In this document: piece after piece, positions 9,330-17,931 of the stretch
How the letters are laid out: every line of letters begins with the position of its first letter
How positions within the stretch are numbered: position 1 is the first letter of the stretch
NCBI RefSeq assembly: GCF_006345805.1
Contig: NW_021824621.1
Coordinates: forward strand, 1-17,931
DNA: 17,931 nucleotides
Direction of reading: 5' to 3'
DNA from: Octopus sinensis
Lineage: Eukaryota
The notes under the pieces: generated by a model
Databases searched by the model: none
Seen by the model: only the letters and a program-made list of their open reading frames with translations
Told to the model about the DNA's origin: nothing
Program-made: the position numbers and the translations under genes

Positions 9330-9447
9330 CTTTGGTCGGCCCGAGGCTATAGCAGAAGACACTTGCCCAAGATGCTACGCAGTGGGACTGAACCCGGAAC
9401 CATGTGGCTGGTTAGCAAGCTACTTACCACACAGCCACTCCTGCGCC
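9330..9447 (-). mobile_element. tRNA-like head of SINE family 1, 3'-truncated, fused to the retrozyme array
   Basis: Reverse complement ggcgcaggagtggctgtgtggtaag...gggttcagtcccac...cgggccgaccaaag, matching 1527-1645. Confidence 0.9.
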
Positions 9448-9479
9448 TGTAACACACAACTCAGGCTGAGTAATCGAAA

Positions 9480-9760
9480 GAGGTTGTCCAATAAGGATAT
9501 CCATCTATTTTCTCTGCCTAATATTCCTGAGAGAACCATGTAGTTAGACTCGTCAGGAACCTCTGCTATGTGGTCCACTCGTGTGACCAGCTGAGGATAT
9601 AGATGTAATCAACCATCTCCCTCATGCTCTACTCATATGTCTCCTGCCGGCTTCCTCGGCTTCAAGAATCTGTCTTATGATATTTTCTTGTGACATCGTA
9701 ATCACATGTCCTTGATACCGGAGCTGTGACCTCTCAATGCAGACATGAGAAGTTAGTTTT
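9480..9760 (-). pseudogene. Decayed RTE-clade LINE ORF C-terminal fragment
   Basis: 9738-9610 translates IERSQLRYQGHVITMSQENIIRQILEAEEAGRRHMSRA*GRWL, then after a frameshift DYIYILSWS. This resembles the RTE-type LRWxGHVxRM...RQI...GxRxxGRPxxRWxD tail. Contains a stop and a frameshift. Confidence 0.75.
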
Positions 9761-11634
9761 TTTTTCTTTATCTAAATCAAAATATCATTATACATATAAA
9801 AGAACTAGTAGCATAAGCCCTGTAATGCACATAAGCAAAACAACTAAAAATCTTCAAACTTGTTATGAAAATCGTTTATAGCTCCGAAATATCAATAACA
9901 TTCTCAGAATTCAGACTAACGCTTCAGAACCAGAAAATAATTGACTCCTGATAATTTTCCGGCCATATAAAAATCATAACTGCCATTCTTGTCAAAGGAA
10001 ATCCTGATCTATATAAGCTAGAGTACATAACAATCGATATATTAGCAAATATCTACAATGAAACACAACACACTATAACAACTAACACACAGACATTGTT
10101 TCTACTCTAATCTAACGAAACTAAAATGTATTTTGTCTCTCTGAATATGAGACGTATCAACTTTATAAAGTCTAATCCGATACATCTACCAACTCCTCTT
10201 TATTTTATTCACACGTTCAACCTTACTTTATCCTACATAACACCACCACCACCACCGTATGAAAATTCCTTTATATATATTTCCATGGATAAAGGCAATT
10301 CTGCATGGTTGACAAACATGCCAGATATAACCTCTAATATTACAATCTGCAATCTTAAAAAATAAACAGAAACTGCAAGGTAATAACAATGGCAACAACA
10401 AACAAAATTTGAGCTCGTGCTACATTAACAAAGTACCTGCGAAGGTCATGGAAGGAAATGCTTTGCGACAATATAATTCCATGTTTCTGGTTAATGTAAG
10501 TCTCATGGTTGTTTTCCAACGCGTCACTCCCAAAGAGTCTTCAATTACTAGCTCAGAGACAGTCTCTTCACACATGGATTATACTAAATTGGCCTCAGGT
10601 TTTCTGAAGTATCCAGCTAAATACTATTACTTCAATATATTTCATATTTCGATCATGCTCCTCTTTCCTTTTTTGTTACCTTTATTGTATCTAACATTCC
10701 AGAATCTGCAGTAGACACATCACATACAACTTCCATCCCAAGAATGCAATCCTGTTGAATTTTCTTTCAGAGTATGTTTCGCTTCATATGTTGACTGAGA
10801 GAATTTTATTCTGAACATCAAATGCATCAATTTTCCAAAACATGTATGGCCTGATACTACTATTGGCAACCATCCCTTACTTCATTTTCTGTATAATCCA
10901 TACAAGAATCCCTGTAATATTTTGAAAAGTCTTATATTATTTTTACCACAGGAATATTAATATCTATATTAAGCCTTCAGTTATTAGCTTTTCTTTATTT
11001 GCATTTTTGCGATTGATAGATTATATAGCAATAATAACTCTCAAAGTGCAGACCTATTTAAATTAATATACATATATACATACACCCAAATACATAATCA
11101 GACACATACTTATAAAAATAGATACAAACGTGCGTGTGTGTGTGCGTAGGGGAAATGCATTTATAAAACGCTTTCTGTTGTTATTTTGCGTTTTCGACAG
11201 GAAGAAGGCAACTCTATACATGACCTTCGTAGACACTTCACGAAGAGTAAAGGATAGAAGCGGTTAGTTCTCTTCAACATCTGGAAGTCGATGTCTGCAG
11301 GAAAAAAGCCAGTGGGCGGCAATAAAAACATCCGCAGACAAAACACTTAAATCTTGTAGACAGGTGATTCTAACGAGAAATAAACATAATGATGTTCTCA
11401 TGAATGTCAACTAAAATGAAAACACCATTAACTTAATACACCTTAAAATCATTTTATCCATAATTTTACTCCAGCGGTAATAAACCTAGAAACTATAATG
11501 ATCTAGATTAAACACAGATAGAGCATAAAAGAAAATGAAGAAGCCTCTACAGAAAAAAAAAGAGAATTATTGTTAAAAATTTATGCTAAAAGGAAGGCTC
11601 AATATGAAAAGTAGAGTTTTTCATACCTACCTAC

Positions 11635-11957
11635 ATCCGAGATCCCCCTTCGGTCACGACATAGACCATGGGATTGCATCTAGAAAGTTACCCTCCCAGG
11701 CACAAGTCCGGGCAAGGTTGTTTATGGAAGACCAGTAGTCGCCCATGCATACTGGCCTCCCCTCTCCACGTCACCAGTCTTATCGAAGTAAGGCAAGGGC
11801 CGATGCAGCTTGGCACCTGTGACGTCGCAACTCATTTCTACGGCTGGAGCAACGTGAAATAAAGTATCTTGCTCAAGAACACAGCACGCAGCCCGGTCCG
11901 GGATTCGAGCTCACAACCTCACGATCGTAAGCTCGACGCTCTAACCACTGAGCCATG
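11635..11957 (-). mobile_element. Full-length tRNA-derived SINE (family 3, CORE-like middle) with 13-bp target site duplication
   Basis: A-box TGGCTCAGTGG (11955-11945); B-box-like GCTCGAATCC (11910-11901); gtgttcttgagcaagatactttatttcac middle; TSD CATACCTACCTAC at 11622-11634 and 11958-11970. Confidence 0.85.
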
Positions 11958-11970
11958 CATACCTACCTAC

Positions 11971-12066
11971 CTACATACATATACATACATACATACATAC
12001 ATACATGCATGCATACATACATACATACATACATACATACATACATACATACATACATACATACAT
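11971..12066. repeat. (TACA)n microsatellite
   Basis: Seen directly. Confidence 0.95.
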
Positions 12067-12489
12067 AGGGAAAAGAGAACATTTACGGCGAATTAATGCA
12101 GAACTTTTACTCTGACTATGAATTCTCCTATGTAACCATCATCATAGGTGCATTAGTTTATGTACCAACGAATTTTACAGATTTCAGATAGCGGTTTTGG
12201 TATTGCTGGGGTACTGCCTTTAGAATGATTGTTTTCTTTTTATTTCACATACACCTCCCGGCTTTCTCCCTGGAATTGTTTCTGACGAAGTAGCAAGCTG
12301 GACAGAGCGACACGTCTTTGTGTTTTCTGCCACGTTGTGGTTTCATCTGATATTTCAGATAAAAAAATGTTCTAAATATTCATTGAAAACACCCACATTA
12401 CCACTTCGCAGGTTTGAGAGGCTGTTTCGCAAAGTGTTGAATAGTTGTGGGGCCTAGAAAACTAAACTGTCAGAGTATTGGATTATAAT

Positions 12490-12560
12490 GAATTGCAGGC
12501 TCAGAATCAATTTTCCGAACTTATGATCTTCAGTTCATCACCTTAAACACTAGGCCACAT
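12490..12560 (-). mobile_element. Possible highly degenerate tRNA-SINE head
   Basis: Minus: gtggcctagtgtttaaggtgatgaactgaagatcataag...ttgattct gives weak A/B-box-like motifs only. Confidence 0.35.
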
Positions 12561-13163
12561 CCTTTCACACATATAAGGAGATAGCTAAACACACACACAC
12601 ACGCATGCCCCACAAACACACACACACACTCACACATACATGTACACATATACATATATGTATGCATACGTGAATGCGTCTACATGTTTGTGAGTTTGAG
12701 AATGTATGCGCAATTATAACACAATTTTGGCATTAGTCATCATTATACTTTAACGAAGTTCCAGAAAGTCGGTTATTCAATTTAGTATTAATCTTCTTTT
12801 GGTATTTTTCATATTTGCTATATATTATTGCTCGTTAACTCTCGACGTTTCTTTTCTGTCTATAGTTACAAAGGTAACTGAAAACTCGGTTAGATTTTAG
12901 TTTCCTTTAGGATATGAAATACATATATATATATAAAGTCAAGGTAGAAAATGCTAAAATAATTTTATAAAAACCAAGTTCTGGTTTCAGTCATTGAGAC
13001 TTCTTCAACTGTAAGTATGGAAAAGAATTAAATTTTGGAAAAATTAAAGGAAAAGCTTTTTAAAAGCTATATATTATTGCTCGTTAACTCTCGACGTTTC
13101 TTTTCTGTCTATAGTTACAGAAGCAACTTAAAATTCGCTTAGATTTTAGTTTCCTTTAGGATA

Positions 13164-13198
<35 letters not shown>

Positions 13199-13202
<4 letters not shown>

Positions 13203-13510
13203 ATCCAAACAAGAAAACACAAAAAAACACAACAACGCGAGGACGTGGAACAAATATAGTATTATTGGACGCTCAGGAAAGAAGGGAAGAAGGAGGGTTT
13301 AACGTTTCGAGCGGAGCTCTTCGTCGGAAACATAGGAGAAGGAAAGATCCAGAGAAGGGAAGACAGAGGGGAAAAAATCGCCAACGGTACATACGAGGTC
13401 ACATTTTGAAAGACCGGAAGGAGAAAGGGTGACGAAAGATGTTTTCAAAGACAGAAGAGTATTCAAAGACAGAAGAGTAGTATGGTCAGAGACAGCGGAA
13501 TGTAGGAGGG
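13199..13510 (-). mobile_element. Penelope-like element 3' end, family P2
   Basis: TLSPSGLS at 13430-13407 resembles the TLxPxGLN C-terminus of PLE GIY-YIG domains; minimal HHR downstream; 3' end at (AT)n; 18-bp internal duplication 13444-13479. Confidence 0.6.
13297..13331 (-). ncRNA. Minimal type I hammerhead ribozyme with U4C core variant
   Basis: Minus: GUUU-CCGACGA-A-GAGC-UCC-GCUC-GAAA-CG-UU^AAAC; stem I 4 bp, stem II 4 bp, stem III a single pair around palindromic ACGU. Confidence 0.7.
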
Positions 13511-13514
13511 GGAA

Positions 13515-14285
13515 TGTGTGTGTAAGTGTGGATGTGTGCGTGCGCGGAGGACTGCGTGTGCGTGTGTGTGTGTATGTGTGCAATGATAACACGTGTGTGT
13601 GTGTGTATGTTTTGTTTGTAGTGTGTGTGTGTGTATGTGTGTGTTCGTGTGTGTATGTGTGTGTTCGTGTGTGTATGCGTAGAGTTTGGGGTGTGGCGAA
13701 TAACTGTGTTTTACTTAGTGTATGTGTGCGTGTGTGCTTGTACGTGCGTATGTGTGTATATATATGTATGTATAATTGTGTGCGTGTATGTATGATTGTG
13801 TGCCGTGTGTATGGGATGTATGTGTGGGTTCATTTGTGCGTGTGTGTGTGTGTGTATGTATATGCGTGCGTGTCGTATGTGCGTGTAGTTGTGTGTGCGT
13901 TCGTATGTGTGTGTGTAAGCGTATATGGATGTATATGCGTGTATCCGTGGGGATGTGAGTTTTGGGTGTGTGCATTGGTGTGCGTGTGTGCGTGCGTATG
14001 TTTTTGTGTGCGTATGTGTGTGTGTGTGTGTGTCTGTGCCTGTGTGTATACGTATGTGTATGTGTGTGTGCGCGTGTAGGCATATATTGTGTTTATGTAT
14101 ATGTATCGGTGTGTATGTGAATTTGTGTATGCGTGTGTGTGAGGGTTTTTTTGGAGTTGTGTGGGCGTAATGTGCGTGTGTGGGCGTAATGTGCGTGTGT
14201 GGGTGTGTGTATATGTGTGGAAGTATGTGTGCATGTATGTTGTATGTGTGTGGAGTGTTGGAAGTATGTGTGTGTATGTGTTTCT
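13515..14285 (+). repeat. Long aperiodic TG-rich tract
   Basis: Irregular TG/TGCG/TATG units, G-rich on the + strand. Confidence 0.9.
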
Positions 14286-14385
14286 GTATAAGGACAAAAT
14301 ATTTATAAAAAATATATATATATATGGAAAAAATGTCAAGGTAGAAAATGCTAAAATAATTTTATAAAAAACATTTCAGTTCTGT

Positions 14386-14502
14386 GTTAAGAGTACACGT
14401 TTCTCTGGAGTGCTGAGCCACTTGCACGTTAATTTCACGAGGAAGCTGTTCCGTCGATCGTATCAGCTGGGACTCTCGTCGTCGCAACCGACGGAGTGCT
14501 TC
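14386..14502 (+). mobile_element. 3' fragment of SINE family 2
   Basis: Matches 2576-2695 (gtacacgt...ggagtgct.agcca...cacgttaatttcacgag...ctcgtcgtcg...gacgga). Confidence 0.85.
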
Positions 14503-14708
14503 GTTTATATGTGTATACAAATAATTTGGACTAGAGGAAACTGGTTAAACCTCTTCGTCAGCGAATTCAAAGTTAATCATCCACATGAATGGTTGTATGT
14601 AACAGAGTTCTGTGTTATCTATGAACCTTCAAAAGACAAAAACTAATTGTTGATGAGCAACTCTGAGTAGTGATTACGTGAATCTTAAGATTTGAATGGA
14701 AATATAGT

Positions 14709-14955
14709 GGAGGCACGTGGATTAGTGGTTACGGGTGTTGGACTCATGATTGTAATATTCTGGACTCGATTCCCAGACCGGGAGACGCGTTGTGTTCTTG
14801 AACAAAACACTTCATTTAACGTTATTCCAGTTCACTCAGCTGCAAAACTGAGTAACCCTGCGACGGACCGGCGTGTTGTCCAGGTTGAGGAATTTGTACG
14901 TCATGTAAACCGGGAAACCGGTCCTTACGAGTCAGCATGTCTCAAGAAGATAACC
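14709..14955 (+). mobile_element. tRNA-derived SINE (family 4, CORE-like middle)
   Basis: A-box-like TGGATTAGTGG 14718-14728; B-box-like GACTCGATTCC 14763-14773; gtgttcttgaacaaaacacttcatttaacg middle shared with 11635-11957; T-rich end. Confidence 0.8.
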
Positions 14956-15022
14956 TTTTTTTTTATTACATTAATGAAAATATATTCTATTTCATGTACT
15001 GTGAACTCATTTTCCATCTGTT

Positions 15023-15023
<1 letters not shown>

Positions 15024-15058
<35 letters not shown>

Positions 15059-15080
15059 CACACAACACACACACACACAC

Positions 15081-15120
<40 letters not shown>
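15024..15120. repeat. (CA)n microsatellite
   Basis: Seen directly. Confidence 0.95.
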
Positions 15121-15214
15121 TACCACATACAAAAGTATAAACATCTGGTCGAAAGTTTCAGCCCTTGAGTCGCTTTTATTTTTTACTTCCTACCGATTAA
15201 GAAATATTGGATTT

Positions 15215-15350
15215 TACTTTTGGATCAAAGCCAGCGTTTCGGAGAGAAGGGGGCTAAGTCGGTTACGTCGAGCCTACTGCTAAGCCGATACTTATTTTCT
15301 TGACAGCGAAAGCATGAAGGGCAAAGTCGACCTCGGCAAAATTTGAACTG
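15215..15350 (-). mobile_element. Degenerate SINE fragment
   Basis: Minus: gttcaaattttgccgaggtcgactttgcccttcatgctttcg...aaaataagtatc, a B-box plus central domain I recall from abundant octopus SINEs; not database-checked. Confidence 0.6.
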
Positions 15351-15636
15351 CCAATGTCGATAAAAAAACATTAAACATATACAGGTTCCCGCGTGCTCTA
15401 ACAAAATTGTGTGAGTTGTGTGCGTGTGTGTGCGTATGTGAGAGAGGGAGAGAGAGTGTGTGTGTGTGTTTGTGTGTACACGCATGCTTGAGTGTGTTTT
15501 CCTTTTTTTTTTTTATCTTGGAGTCTGTCTGCGAAGCATGTATGATCACTGAGCTAGGAAACTAATCAGAAGCCTATTTCCAATTAGGCCTGATAGCATC
15601 TTGCCAAATTGGCCACAATCCAGTATTTTCATTTTC

Positions 15637-15668
15637 ATCATCATCATCATCATCATCATCATTATTAA

Positions 15669-15708
<40 letters not shown>

Positions 15709-15836
15709 TGCTGGTATTATTGCTGATGTTATTGTAGATGATATTCTCGCAGCTAACCTCACCAGCACCCATCCACCAACAATCCACCACCACCACCGCC
15801 ACCACCAACCACCACCACCACCACCGCCGCCGCCAT
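15637..15836. repeat. Compound trinucleotide microsatellites (ATC, ATT, CCA)
   Basis: Seen directly. Confidence 0.9.
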
Positions 15837-15998
15837 TATCACGAGCGCTTACACTGACATACATGCTCATTTTTATATATATAAGGAAGGCTGTATGTTA
15901 GTCATACGTTATAGATCTGATGCTAACCGGAAATCGCTTTATGTAACTCTATCCATCAGGTCTTGGACTCAGTAGATGATGGCAGTGATTGTGCTGGT

Positions 15999-16049
15999 AG
16001 CAGCAACAACAACAACAACAACAGCAGCACCAGCAACAGTAGCAGCAGC

Positions 16050-16093
<44 letters not shown>
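15999..16093. repeat. (CAA/CAG)n + (GTA)n microsatellite
   Basis: Seen directly. Confidence 0.9.
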
Positions 16094-16429
16094 AAGCTGA
16101 TGATCGTCATGGCAGACCTTGTATCAATCAGCATTGGCTACGTTGATAGTGATGGTGGCTGTCTGTTGTAAGAAGCGATGGTTGTTCTGTTGCGTGCTTA
16201 TAGTTCGTAGCAGTCACATGGACAGTTGCGCCAATGGCACTGATGTCCTCTTAATTGTTATATGGGTGACGGTGGCGCCACTACATTCAATATCTTTGCT
16301 GTAGTCATGTCGGCTGTTGAGAAACTGCAATATTTTTTTCTAAAATTAGTAAATCTAATAAAGCCAGTTACTGGATTTTTTCCTGTTTGTGTGTATGAGG
16401 TTATGTACGTACGTCCGTACATACTTACG

Positions 16430-16677
16430 TGTGCATGTATGTTTGTATGTATGTATAAATATATATATACACACACATACATATATACGTATATACATTG
16501 CACGTATATATATATAAGCATGTATAAGCACACACACACAAACACACACATGCACATGCATATATATATATATATATATACATACATATATACATACATA
16601 TCATTACACGTAGATACACATGTTAAGCACACACCACATGCGCATGCATATATATATGTACATATATATATATATAC

Positions 16678-16726
<49 letters not shown>

Positions 16727-16916
16727 TATATACATATATATATACATATATAATATATATATAATATTATATACATATATATATATATATATACATATAT
16801 ATATACATATATATATACATATATATTATATATATATATATATATATTATATCTATATATATATTATATATATGTCAAGATGAAGCAATCATCATATATT
16901 ATATATATAATGTATG

Positions 16917-16948
<32 letters not shown>

Positions 16949-16955
16949 ATATATA
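16430..16955. repeat. AT/CA compound microsatellite
   Basis: Seen directly. Confidence 0.9.
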
Positions 16956-17004
16956 TCTTTTTGCTTTAGCTATCCCATTACTAACATATCGTAGAAAGAT
17001 GTTG

Positions 17005-17450
17005 ATGATAATGATGATGATACTGGGATTTTTGTTGTTGTTGTTATTGTTGTTGTTGTAATGGTTGTGATCGCTTGCATCTTCTTGTGCCAAAACAACT
17101 TTGAACAACATCATCTACAAAAATAACGCCAGCAGCATCATCATTTTTAGCATCAGCGTCGTCGTCGTGGTGCTCCACCTCTTCCTCCTTCACCTCCTCC
17201 TCGTTCTCCTTCTCGTCCCCCTTTATCATCATCATTATCATCATATTATAATCACCAATAAAGAGCAGCCGCAACAACAACAACAACGACAACGACAAGA
17301 CGAGAAACACCAGCAATAAGAACACAAACCACAAACACTACCACCACCACCACCACCACCACAACAACAACAACAACAAAATAAACAGAAGCAACAAGAA
17401 CAGCAGCAGCAGTAGCAGCAACAGCAGCAGTAGCAGCAGTGGCAGCAATG
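17005..17450. repeat. Mosaic of trinucleotide microsatellites (GAT, GTT, ATC, CAA, CCA, GCA)
   Basis: Seen directly; both orientations are mixed, which argues against a coding exon. Confidence 0.85.
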
Positions 17451-17797
17451 AGCAGAAATAGGAGTAACAAGATTACTATCGACGACAACACACATGGCAA
17501 TCGATGGCTTCTGTCTACACTGAACCAGGCAGAAAATGGAAGTAAAAATACAGTCCAGTTGTTTCCGTTGCATAACAACGAGTTAATTGTCGCATTGGAG
17601 AAAGAATAGCTTCTGCCATTATCCTATATATAACTATGTTATTATCAGATACCTTATTTTAATGTGGTTGGAGGAGAATACATTGATCTTCTTTCCCTTT
17701 CGTAATTTCTGCATTTACTGAGGTCACAATGGCTTTCTTCTGTGAGAATCATTTCCAGAAATTTCGTTGCAAACGGAATATCTACGAATCGCTCAGT

Positions 17798-17823
17798 TTC
17801 TTTTCTTTCTTTCTTTCGTTCGT

Positions 17824-17855
<32 letters not shown>

Positions 17856-17931
17856 TCCTTCTTTCCTTCTTTCTTTCTTTCTTTTTTCTTTTTTTTCTTT
17901 CGTTCTTTCTTTCTTTTGTTCTTTCTTTCTT
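17798..17931. repeat. (TTTC)n microsatellite
   Basis: Seen directly; runs to the window end. Confidence 0.95.

Larger units (their letters stand above)
7745..9333 (-). mobile_element. Tandem ~400-bp hammerhead-bearing repeat array (candidate non-LTR retrozyme), subfamilies A and B
   Basis: A units: 7745-8145 (full) and 8146-8333 (partial). (AT)n spacer 8334-8388. B units: 8389-8782, 8783-9178 and 9179-9333 (partial). Near-identical within a subfamily, roughly 75-80% between them by eye. Each full unit has a minus-strand type I HHR. Confidence 0.85.
12817..14384 (+). repeat. 249-bp-period direct duplication whose second copy is interrupted by a ~1.1-kb insertion
   Basis: 12817-12983 is repeated as 13066-13198 plus 14335-14384. 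Confidence 0.85.

Noticed and set aside
7745-9333. Array as a CRISPR locus or a coding repeat (ORFs 8278-8493, 8753-8980)
   Set aside because: Units are full-length ~400-bp repeats with no unique spacers or cas genes; frames are not conserved between units or subfamilies.
12278-12320. GTTT-CTGACGA...GACACGTC resembling a P2-type hammerhead
   Set aside because: GACA instead of GAAA and stem I (GTTT/TTTG) cannot pair; at best a dead remnant.
14533-14561. Minus-strand CTGACGA followed by an AGAGG/CCTCT hairpin
   Set aside because: No GAAA or cleavage triplet after the stem; not a hammerhead.
16130-16400. GC-richer unique stretch as a possible exon
   Set aside because: No frame gives a recognisable peptide and splice signals are unconvincing on both strands.
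153-17578. Supplied ORFs rich in HT, YI, CV, poly-T, poly-C or poly-V
   Set aside because: They are translations of dinucleotide and trinucleotide microsatellites; no recognisable domain in any listed ORF apart from the short PLE-like motif in 13299-13592.

Overview
AT-rich, microsatellite-dense eukaryotic DNA with no recognisable intact protein-coding gene. Most of the supplied ORFs are translations of simple repeats and the rest gave no recognisable protein. The tRNA-derived SINEs resemble families I recall from octopus genomes, so a cephalopod source is an inference, not a database result. The main signal is three distinct families of type I hammerhead ribozymes (HHRs). (1) A ~400-bp tandem array at 7745-9333 with two subfamilies carries a minus-strand HHR in each complete unit, with compensatory base changes, and fits a non-LTR retrozyme that could produce a circular RNA. 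(2) Four HHR copies lie in direct and inverted Penelope-like (PLE) terminal-repeat fragments at 3281-5918. (3) A minimal HHR sits in a second PLE-like 3' end at ~13199-13510. All three families end (RNA 3' end) at (AT)n tracts, and two PLE-like insertions carry long aperiodic TG-rich tracts on their 5' side. The rest is SINEs, a decayed RTE LINE fragment and microsatellites. Many 1-nt indels between near-identical copies suggest long-read errors, so the fine structure needs read-level confirmation.
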